The translations under genes and the position numbers were made by a program. Of a DNA stretch of 24,311 bases, positions 1 to 6,530 are shown piece after piece (the stretch's first letter is position 1; every line of letters starts with the position of its first letter). Below the pieces are notes generated by a model. That model was given only the letters and a program-made list of their open reading frames with translations, searched no databases and was not told where the DNA came from. Source of the DNA: a virus (lineage: Duplodnaviria > Caudoviricetes); IMG/VR virus record IMGVR_UViG_3300031644_000019, positions 1-24,311 of that record; one strand, 5' to 3'.

Positions 1-1
1 A

Positions 2-46
2 TTGGCAAAAAGCAGAGAAGAAATGAGAGAATTTTTTAAACGTTAA
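2..46 (+). CDS. 3' end of an upstream gene (partial; ...LAKSREEMREFFKR*)
   Basis: Open frame from the window edge to TAA at 44-46, followed by an intrinsic terminator. Confidence 0.5.
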   Translation: MAKSREEMREFFKR

Positions 47-75
47 CTTTCTTCCCAAAGTTAATTTTGTTTTCC

Positions 76-109
76 AAGAGGCACGTACTTAGTATTTGCC
101 TCTTTTTTT
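76..109 (+). terminator. Rho-independent terminator
   Basis: Stem AAGAGGCA (76-83) / TGCCTCTT (97-104) running into a T-tract. Confidence 0.8.
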
Positions 110-288
110 ATGCTTACTTTTTAAATCTATGCTTAGTTTATTTTTAGTTTATGCTTACTTTCTTTCTCTTAAGTACTATGGATAAAGAATATGTTATAAA
201 TGCTTTCTTTTTTCTATTTTTACAGGGAAATAAAAATATATAAATATATAAACTCTATAGAGAGAGTATGGTAAGAAAAAGTGAGCAT
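109..288. repeat. Iteron-like short repeats TATGCTTA(C/G)TTT in an AT-rich intergenic region
   Basis: Copies at 109-120, 128-139 and 150-161; degenerate copy at 199-210; inverted copy at 278-288 (reverse complement ATGCTCACTTT); palindrome CTCTATAGAG at 253-262. Confidence 0.6.
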
Positions 289-310
289 TTTAGTATCTAA
301 TAAAAAAGCT

Positions 311-318
311 TATATTTG
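311..318 (+). promoter_or_regulatory. Bacteroidota sigma-70-type -7 element (TATATTTG) upstream of groEL
   Basis: Matches TAnnTTTG; intergenic, 28 nt before the ATG. Confidence 0.7.
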
Positions 319-346
319 TACAATAATTTAATTTAATAAATACAAT

Positions 347-1918
347 ATGAATCCAAGGGAATTACATTTTGACAAAGAGGGAAGAGAAAAATTATTAGAG
401 GGCATTACTAAGATGTCCAAAACTGTAAAGAGTACATTAGGCCCATTAGGTAATACTGTAATGATGGAGTCTATGAATCACACAAGGGGAATGATTATCA
501 CCAAGGATGGTGTGACTGTTGCCAAGGAGATTGAGTTTGAAGATGCTGTAGAAAATTTAGCGGTAAAGATGATGAAGGAAGCTTCTGATAGAACTGCTAC
601 TTCAGCTGGTGATGGAACTACTACTGCGATAGTTTTGACTGAGGCCATTATAAAGGAAGGTATGCGACTGATAGATCGTGAGCCTAACATAAACACAAGT
701 CAATTGGCTCGTGATATAGTTAAGGTATCTGAAGGAATCATAAAGAGTTTAGATAAATCTTCAAAGAAAGTTTCTGGTAATACTTTACGTGACGTTGCTA
801 CTATCTCTACCAATAATGATAAGGATTTGGGTAAGATGATCGCTGATGCTTATAAGGATTTAGGAAAAGACGGTAAGTTAACTGTTGAGAATAGTAAGAC
901 GGAAGACACGTATTGTGACATTACTAAAGGAATTAAGATTGACAGAGGATATTCATCGAAGCTTTTTATAAATAACCACCGTAATGACGAGTGCATATTA
1001 GATGATGTGTATATTTTAATGACGGACATGGAGATAACTAACATTCTTCAGATTGAAAATGTGTTGAAGCCGATTATAAACGAGAATAAGAAGCTACTAG
1101 TAATTGGGAATTGTTCTTCAAATGTAACTAACACACTGGCTGCTAATGTAGTACAGAACAGCCTTAAGCTTTGTAATATTATGCCACCATCGTTTGGTTA
1201 TAAAACTAATGAGCTAATGGGTGATATTGCTTTGGCCACAGGTGCAAAGTATTTTAGTGAATCACAAGGAGACAACATAGGTATGTTGACCTTGCAGGAT
1301 TTGGGTCATGCGGATAAGATAGTAGTTGGGAAAAACGAGACCATTATAATCAAAGAAGGTGAGCGCACTGAGGATATTCAAGACAGAATAAAAGAACTTA
1401 AGATTCAGAAAGAGAATAACAGCAACAAAAACGAAAGAGATTTCATAGATGAACGTATTTCATTACTAACTGGTATGGTTGGTGTAATATATGTTGGTGC
1501 AAACTCAGATATTGAGCAAAAAGAAAAGTATGACAGGGTAGAAGACGCTGTTTGTGCTGTACGTTCTGCTATTGAGGAGGGTATATTACCAGGAGGTGGT
1601 ATCGCATTGCTTAGATGCGCGGAAGATTTGAGTGACGGACACGCGAGTGATGTGTTATATGGTGCGCTTATAGCTCCGATTGAACAGATTCTTATTAATG
1701 CAGGAGAGGATGTAAAGGATATAAGAGATAAAGTATGTTCTTGTTCTGATGTTCCTAAGAATTTTGGATATGATGTAAAAAATAGAGTGTATGGAGATAT
1801 GTACAAGATGGGTATTATAGATCCTGCCAAGGTTACGAAGAACGCGCTGAAGAATGCAGTGAGTGTAGCCACAACAATATTAAGTACAAACGCAATAGTA
1901 ACCATGAAAAGAAAATAA
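347..1918 (+). CDS. groEL: Phage-encoded group I chaperonin GroEL (Cpn60)
   Basis: Motifs TLGP, ITKDGVTVAKEI, GDGTTT (ATP-binding), DRGY, RVEDA..A..SAIEEGILPGGG and GIIDPAKV. 523 aa, no GGM tail. Confidence 0.97.
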   Translation: MNPRELHFDKEGREKLLEGITKMSKTVKSTLGPLGNTVMMESMNHTRGMIITKDGVTVAKEIEFEDAVENLAVKMMKEASDRTATSAGDGTTTAIVLTEAIIKEGMRLIDREPNINTSQLARDIVKVSEGIIKSLDKSSKKVSGNTLRDVATISTNNDKDLGKMIADAYKDLGKDGKLTVENSKTEDTYCDITKGIKIDRGYSSKLFINNHRNDECILDDVYILMTDMEITNILQIENVLKPIINENKKLLVIGNCSSNVTNTLAANVVQNSLKLCNIMPPSFGYKTNELMGDIALATGAKYFSESQGDNIGMLTLQDLGHADKIVVGKNETIIIKEGERTEDIQDRIKELKIQKENNSNKNERDFIDERISLLTGMVGVIYVGANSDIEQKEKYDRVEDAVCAVRSAIEEGILPGGGIALLRCAEDLSDGHASDVLYGALIAPIEQILINAGEDVKDIRDKVCSCSDVPKNFGYDVKNRVYGDMYKMGIIDPAKVTKNALKNAVSVATTILSTNAIVTMKRK

Positions 1919-2175
1919 TGAAAGCAATAGGGAAGTATATAGTTATAGAAGAGATTAAAGAACAGATAACAACTAACTCTGGAATTCTTTTAACGTCAGA
2001 TGACAGCGACCAATTAAGATATAAGAAAGGGTTAGTAGTTATCCCTGGTACAAGTGTCGACACTGTAAAAAAAGGTGATACTATTTATTATGATAAAAGA
2101 GCTGGGCATTCCATGATTTTAAATGAAAACATGGTTAGTATTATATCAGAAAATGATATTGTCGTAGTACTATAG
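1918..2175 (+). CDS. groES: Co-chaperonin GroES (Cpn10)
   Basis: 85 aa with mobile loop TNSGILL, VKKGDTIYY and C-terminal ISENDIVVVL. Coupled to groEL by a TAATG overlap. Confidence 0.9.
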   Translation: MKAIGKYIVIEEIKEQITTNSGILLTSDDSDQLRYKKGLVVIPGTSVDTVKKGDTIYYDKRAGHSMILNENMVSIISENDIVVVL

Positions 2176-2637
2176 TCCGTCTTTTATTTCTTGATTCATC
2201 TTTTTAATCATTTTACGGTAAACTTTATTACTGTATTCCGTTGATTTGTTAAAAATTGGGTTGTTTCTTCGGTCTTCGGAGATTACTTCTTCTTTATTTA
2301 ACTTTTTATAAATTGAAGCGCATACGCGCTTACCCTTAAAGCCGAGTTCGTAAAGAGTAGACTCTCTTCCTTTACGTTCTCGCCACTTTATTATCCACTC
2401 ATCTTTTAACATTTTATGAAATCTGTTCTTATCCCAGGACATTATCTCATTAAATTCTTCAAATTCAAATTTTGTGAACAGCCCTTCGCTATAAAGGAAG
2501 AGCATCATCTCAATGTCTGCTGTTCCTAGGCCGTATTTAGCTCTAGCCCACTGTTTTATAACCTTCCAATACTTTAAATAGTCTGCATTGGGTTCTTTTC
2601 TATCGTAGTTTTTACGAAATCTTGTCTTAAATTTCAT
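2170..2637 (-). CDS. Putative winged helix-turn-helix (MarR-like) DNA-binding protein
   Basis: GLGTADIEMMLFLY...RFHKMLKDEWIIKWR...LYELGFKGKR resembles a MarR wHTH with its wing (Y-x-L-x-x-K-G). Only credible minus-strand gene in the window. Confidence 0.6.
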   Translation of the reverse strand: MKFKTRFRKNYDRKEPNADYLKYWKVIKQWARAKYGLGTADIEMMLFLYSEGLFTKFEFEEFNEIMSWDKNRFHKMLKDEWIIKWRERKGRESTLYELGFKGKRVCASIYKKLNKEEVISEDRRNNPIFNKSTEYSNKVYRKMIKKMNQEIKDGL

Positions 2638-2650
2638 TGAATTAAATTTT

Positions 2651-2668
2651 TTATCTTTGCTAAGATAA
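2651..2668. promoter_or_regulatory. Palindromic divergent promoter / candidate operator TTATCTT-TGCT-AAGATAA
   Basis: Perfect 7-4-7 inverted repeat. Contains TATCTTTG (+, 2652-2659) and the near-consensus TATCTTAG (-, 2667-2660) within the 40-bp divergent gap. Confidence 0.65.
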
Positions 2669-2677
2669 CTTTTTTAT

Positions 2678-2989
2678 ATGGCATTAGGTAGAACAGCAAA
2701 ATATTATAGGGATAATCCTGAAGCAAGAAAGAAAAGACTTGCTTACCAGAAAAGATATAACGCTAGAAAAGCTCAGATAGCTCGAAGAGTTAGAAATAAC
2801 AGAGAGAATCATAAGTTTGGAACATATGGCAATTATGATGGAAAGGATGTTTCTCATAAAGGAAAAAGAATTGTTTTAGAAAAAGAATCTAAAAATAGAG
2901 CTAGTAAATCAAACACTCCTGGTGATAGAAGAGCTAGAGGAAAGAAGGGAAAAGGAAGAAAGAACAAAGGTAATACAGGGGGTAAATAA
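2678..2989 (+). CDS. Small basic protein with a degenerate HNH-like motif
   Basis: 103 aa, K/R-rich. DGKDVSHK...SKNRA resembles the GDGKDVDH...NR motif of small phage HNH proteins. Confidence 0.7.
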   Translation: MALGRTAKYYRDNPEARKKRLAYQKRYNARKAQIARRVRNNRENHKFGTYGNYDGKDVSHKGKRIVLEKESKNRASKSNTPGDRRARGKKGKGRKNKGNTGGK

Positions 2990-2991
2990 CA

Positions 2992-3144
2992 ATGGCAAAG
3001 AAAGGAAGAACAAAAGGAAACAAGATATGTCCATCAGGTATTGCATGGGCAAAAAAAACATTTGACAAGTACCCATCTGCGTATGCGAACATGGCTGCTA
3101 GTAAATACTGCAAAGATCCTAACTACGCAAAAAATAAAAAATAA
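2992..3144 (+). CDS. Small basic protein, 50 aa, YPSAYAN motif (not in ORF track)
   Basis: Hand translation: MAKKGRTKGNKICPSGIAWAKKTFDKYPSAYANMAASKYCKDPNYAKNKK*. Exactly fills the gap, with 2-nt spacers on both sides. Confidence 0.85.
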   Translation: MAKKGRTKGNKICPSGIAWAKKTFDKYPSAYANMAASKYCKDPNYAKNKK

Positions 3145-3146
3145 TT

Positions 3147-3446
3147 ATGAAAGACGTAAGAATATCATTGCCTTTGGCGCCAACTCAAATTAAGGATGAA
3201 AAACTACCTAAATTACGTATCGGAGAAGGTATGAAAGAAAGGTCTGTGGTAATGAGAGAAAGAGCGGCTAAAGTTAAGCATAAATCTAACATTGCCTTGG
3301 ATGAAGGAAGGATGAAAAAAGAGAAGCGTCTTTTAAATAGGTCTAAAAGAATCCAAAAGAGAAGCGACAAAGTAGAAAGAAAAGAAGCAAAATTCCGAAA
3401 CAAATTAGAAACAAGGAGAAGAAAAAAAATAATAAGAAATCAATAA
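3147..3446 (+). CDS. Small basic helical/coiled-coil protein
   Basis: 99 aa, K/R-rich; tiles with its neighbours. Confidence 0.75.
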   Translation: MKDVRISLPLAPTQIKDEKLPKLRIGEGMKERSVVMRERAAKVKHKSNIALDEGRMKKEKRLLNRSKRIQKRSDKVERKEAKFRNKLETRRRKKIIRNQ

Positions 3447-3448
3447 TT

Positions 3449-3568
3449 ATGAAAAAAAAATTCAAAACACACATGATGTGTAAAAAAGACAGGTGCATTA
3501 AGGTCAATTCTATGACAGAGCATTTTAAATTAAAAAAAGACGGATACACTCATAATAAGAAAAAATAA
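3449..3568 (+). CDS. Small basic protein, 39 aa, FKTHMM...H...GYTH motif (not in ORF track)
   Basis: MKKKFKTHMMCKKDRCIKVNSMTEHFKLKKDGYTHNKKK*; 2-nt spacers on both sides. Confidence 0.8.
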   Translation: MKKKFKTHMMCKKDRCIKVNSMTEHFKLKKDGYTHNKKK

Positions 3569-3570
3569 TT

Positions 3571-3654
3571 ATGGAAAAATTTATAGACTACTTACAACAT
3601 CAATGGAATAGACTAATGTATAAATTAACATTTAGAAATTATAAAAATAAATAG
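3571..3654 (+). CDS. Micro-protein, 27 aa, amphipathic helix (not in ORF track)
   Basis: MEKFIDYLQHQWNRLMYKLTFRNYKNK*; tiles exactly between its neighbours. Confidence 0.65.
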   Translation: MEKFIDYLQHQWNRLMYKLTFRNYKNK

Positions 3655-3656
3655 TC

Positions 3657-3974
3657 ATGCCAGGCACTATTAAAAAAAATAGAAAAAAGCATTTAAGAAA
3701 TCTTAGTAGAAATAGTTCAGGAAGAAATGCTACTGTAAGAATGGCAACATATACAGGTGGTGAAAATAATGATAAACATTATGCTGCACCAACTATTACA
3801 TTTAAAGGTAATGAAAAAGAAAAACCTCAAACTTTTAACCAAGCACTAGCGTCAGGTGAGGTTTATGAGTTTAGAAGTAAACGAAGAGCAGAAAGATTTG
3901 CTGCAGGGTCTTGGAAAAAAGGTAAGGCAAAAAGAGAGGCGATGAAACAATATAGAAAATCTAAAAAGAAATAA
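3657..3974 (+). CDS. Small basic hypothetical protein
   Basis: 105 aa with K/R-rich termini and FAAGSWK; tiles within the array. Confidence 0.8.
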   Translation: MPGTIKKNRKKHLRNLSRNSSGRNATVRMATYTGGENNDKHYAAPTITFKGNEKEKPQTFNQALASGEVYEFRSKRRAERFAAGSWKKGKAKREAMKQYRKSKKK

Positions 3975-3976
3975 TT

Positions 3977-4138
3977 ATGCCAACAGTAAAATATAGTTGT
4001 CCAGATACAGGTAAAACAATGAAGAAAAGTTTTCCTTACAATGCTATGGGTAAAGCTCAAGCACACACATTTGCAAAAACTATGGGTGGTTCTATGAAGA
4101 ATAATCCTACTACTAAAATGACTGAAGAAGGTTACTAA
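3977..4138 (+). CDS. Small protein, 53 aa, FPYNAMGKAQA motif (not in ORF track)
   Basis: MPTVKYSCPDTGKTMKKSFPYNAMGKAQAHTFAKTMGGSMKNNPTTKMTEEGY*; TAATG overlap with the next gene. Confidence 0.8.
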   Translation: MPTVKYSCPDTGKTMKKSFPYNAMGKAQAHTFAKTMGGSMKNNPTTKMTEEGY

Positions 4139-4386
4139 TGGGTGAGCTTAAAAAGTGGAGAGATGAGAAGTGGGTTCGTATAGGAACGGATGGTTCTATA
4201 AAAGGAGCTTGCGGTACTAGCAAAAATAAGAAGAATCCAGATAGGTGCCTACCATTAGCAAAGGCTAAGTCTTTGAGCAAAGCAGAAAGAGCTAAGACGG
4301 CTAAAAAAAAGAAGGCATCAGGAGGAAAGAAACAGTTTGTCTCAAACACAAAAAAAGCGAAAGTAACTAAAAAATATACTAAGTAA
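4138..4386 (+). CDS. Small basic protein (LKKWxxEKWV...CG...RCLP family)
   Basis: 82 aa; motif pattern recalled from viral proteins of unknown function; TAATG overlaps at both ends. Confidence 0.85.
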   Translation: MGELKKWRDEKWVRIGTDGSIKGACGTSKNKKNPDRCLPLAKAKSLSKAERAKTAKKKKASGGKKQFVSNTKKAKVTKKYTK

Positions 4387-4640
4387 TGGCAACACCAAGG
4401 AAAGGTAAAGCGAAAGTAAAAATTACTAAGTCAGGTAAAAAAGTAAGCTACGGTCAGGCTGGTAAAGCCAAAGGAGGAGGGCCAAGAGTAAAACCAGGTA
4501 CATCTAAGGGTGATAGTTATTGCGCTAGAAGCTTAGGAATAAAGAGGGGTTTATCTAGAAAAAAAGCAAACGACCCTAATACTCCTAACAATTTATCTCG
4601 AAAGAGATGGAAATGTTCAGGCGCTAAATCTAGAAAATAA
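4386..4640 (+). CDS. Small basic protein (SYCARS...DPN...RKRWKC family)
   Basis: 84 aa; KKVSYGQ, YCARS and WKC motifs recur in marine phage hypothetical proteins. Confidence 0.85.
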   Translation: MATPRKGKAKVKITKSGKKVSYGQAGKAKGGGPRVKPGTSKGDSYCARSLGIKRGLSRKKANDPNTPNNLSRKRWKCSGAKSRK

Positions 4641-4648
4641 AATATTAG

Positions 4649-4656
4649 TATATTTG
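4649..4656 (+). promoter_or_regulatory. Internal -7 promoter element TATATTTG
   Basis: TAnnTTTG in the 20-bp gap, only 4 nt before the ATG at 4661. Confidence 0.6.
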
Positions 4657-4660
4657 TATT

Positions 4661-4816
4661 ATGAGTAAATTCAATGAATTAGTTAAAAAGTTAATGTCTC
4701 AAGGAAAATCTGAGACAGCTGCGAAAAAAATTGCATACAGCATAGGTGCTAATAAGTATGGAAAAAAAGGAATGGCTAGGAAAGCAGCAGCAGGGGTAAG
4801 AAAATCAAGAAAATAA
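4661..4816 (+). CDS. Small basic protein, 51 aa (not in ORF track)
   Basis: MSKFNELVKKLMSQGKSETAAKKIAYSIGANKYGKKGMARKAAAGVRKSRK*. Confidence 0.8.
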   Translation: MSKFNELVKKLMSQGKSETAAKKIAYSIGANKYGKKGMARKAAAGVRKSRK

Positions 4817-4839
4817 TTATTAATAAGTAAATTTATATT

Positions 4840-5037
4840 ATGAAAAAGCAAGGTTACAATTCAAGACTTGATGAGTCTTTAGCAGCAAAAAACGGAAAAA
4901 AATCTCAATCTATGAAATCTCGTAGAGACGAATCAAAGGCAATGTCTAAAAAAGATTACGGACATGCTTATGGAGGAGATCATTCTATGAAGTATGAACA
5001 TCATTTAGGAAGCAATTCTAAAATATTTCAAAGATAA
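4840..5037 (+). CDS. Small basic protein (QGYNSRLDESL...RRDESK family)
   Basis: 65 aa with an internal (L/R)DES repeat and an A/T-rich leader. Confidence 0.8.
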   Translation: MKKQGYNSRLDESLAAKNGKKSQSMKSRRDESKAMSKKDYGHAYGGDHSMKYEHHLGSNSKIFQR

Positions 5038-5040
5038 ATA

Positions 5041-5199
5041 ATGAAATCAAAGGGATTTGGTGATACTGTGGAAAAATTCACAACCGCTACAGGGATTAAA
5101 AAAGCAGTAAATGCAGTTGCTAAAGCAACAGGCAAATCCTGTGGTTGTGGTAAAAGGAAAGATACTTTAAATAGAGTTTTTCCTTACGATAATAAATAA
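5041..5199 (+). CDS. Small protein, 52 aa, GFGDTVEK...CGC...LNRVFPY motif (not in ORF track)
   Basis: MKSKGFGDTVEKFTTATGIKKAVNAVAKATGKSCGCGKRKDTLNRVFPYDNK*; motif recalled from Bacteroidota phages. Confidence 0.85.
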   Translation: MKSKGFGDTVEKFTTATGIKKAVNAVAKATGKSCGCGKRKDTLNRVFPYDNK

Positions 5200-5217
5200 T
5201 AAGATAAAATAATAATA

Positions 5218-5820
5218 ATGGCAACACCAAACAATGAACAGTTTGTAGGATTTAATCCGTCAGTGGATTTAACTGAAAGAGCATCAAAATTAGTAAATAG
5301 TCAAAGGCAGATATATACCTACGAAGAAATGATGAGTGGAGCTGTTGGAGTCACTACATTAGAAGCAGGCACACAAGGACAGACTGCTGGAATAAGCAAG
5401 TTAGCCGCTACATATAACATTGGTGGAATAGAATATGATTCTTATAATTTAAAATGTATCGCATCTTTAACTCCTGAAGCTACAGCTTTTGTTATTGCTA
5501 TTGGTTCTATTGAGGTGGGAGCAGGTAATATATTTTTTATAAGCAATCGTTCTAACGTTGAGTCTGTAGACTTCCAAGGTTTTGGTGGGTATACAAACAA
5601 CCCATTAAACTTTGGAGCAATGGTTGATAATGCTCTTGATGTATCCAACCCTAACTTGGGACTTTTATATGTTAATCAATTAAACATACCAGATTTTCCT
5701 ATAGAGTTTAATGCAATGTACATTGTTGGAGCAAACCCAACAAATTTTGAATGCGATGCTTATATTGACATGGACTTTATTGTATCAAAAAATGAAACTG
5801 TAGAATTTACAATAGCTTAA
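5218..5820 (+). CDS. Hypothetical protein, acidic and beta-rich (possibly virion-associated)
   Basis: 200-aa ORF with an A-rich leader; composition shifts sharply from the basic array. Confidence 0.75.
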   Translation: MATPNNEQFVGFNPSVDLTERASKLVNSQRQIYTYEEMMSGAVGVTTLEAGTQGQTAGISKLAATYNIGGIEYDSYNLKCIASLTPEATAFVIAIGSIEVGAGNIFFISNRSNVESVDFQGFGGYTNNPLNFGAMVDNALDVSNPNLGLLYVNQLNIPDFPIEFNAMYIVGANPTNFECDAYIDMDFIVSKNETVEFTIA

Positions 5821-5824
5821 AAAA

Positions 5825-6241
5825 ATGGAAGAAACACTAATAAAAGTAACAGACGTTAAAGGAACAATCCTTAAACCAATAGAAGCAACCTTTAAGGTAG
5901 AATACAAATACGAAGGAGAAGCTGTAGCGGAAGAAGTATTGTCAGGAGATGTAAGAAGGGGAACGGTAAAAGGAGAAAAATTTCCTGTACCCGATGCAAC
6001 AAAAGATTTAGAATATTCAGAGGTTAAAATCGATGTTAAGGGGGGAGTCCAGAATCTAAACTACGCAAGTAAGACTCTTAAATTTTTTGGTAAGTTACCT
6101 CCATTGGGATTGGATACGGGTCTTCCATTTAAAGGTATAATACCTAAAACAAAAAAGGAAAAGCAAGGAGCTATGGCCGATAGAAGAGAAACTCTTCTTT
6201 CACAATTAAAAGAAAAATATCCACCACAAAAAACAAAATAA
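5825..6241 (+). CDS. Hypothetical protein
   Basis: 138-aa ORF tiling between its neighbours. Confidence 0.75.
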   Translation: MEETLIKVTDVKGTILKPIEATFKVEYKYEGEAVAEEVLSGDVRRGTVKGEKFPVPDATKDLEYSEVKIDVKGGVQNLNYASKTLKFFGKLPPLGLDTGLPFKGIIPKTKKEKQGAMADRRETLLSQLKEKYPPQKTK

Positions 6242-6243
6242 TA

Positions 6244-6510
6244 ATGGCATATCAAAAATTACAAACAAGTAGAGCTGCTTCAGTATCTCCCAGTGATACG
6301 GCAGACATACCAAGTATTTCTACTCAAAACGGAAGGGGCAACAACGGCTGCGTATTATACGTCGGAGTAGGAGGAGACTTATCTGTTTTAACTGCAGGCG
6401 GTGACAAGGTTTTATTTACAGGGTTTCCTACAGGAGGGTTTTTACCTGTACAAGTGGTGAGAGTTTTTGCAACGGATACAACGGCTGCTTCGATTTTAGC
6501 TCTTTGGTAA
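6244..6510 (+). CDS. Head-spike base protein (RcGTA Rcc01079-like)
   Basis: AASVSPSD...LYVGVGGDLSV...G..V.F...P.G..LPVQV.RV.ATDTTA..ILALW matches the recalled Rcc01079-family pattern. Confidence 0.75.
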   Translation: MAYQKLQTSRAASVSPSDTADIPSISTQNGRGNNGCVLYVGVGGDLSVLTAGGDKVLFTGFPTGGFLPVQVVRVFATDTTAASILALW

Positions 6511-6530
6511 TAACAAATTAATAAAAACAT

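Noticed and set aside
109-210. CRISPR or mini-array interpretation of the TATGCTTA repeats
   Set aside because: The repeats are 12 bp with 7-10 bp spacers, far too short, and no cas genes are present.
2678-5199. Ribosomal protein operon, or a single frameshifted pseudogene
   Set aside because: No recognisable r-protein signatures; each ORF has its own ATG and a regular junction, arguing for separate genes rather than decay.
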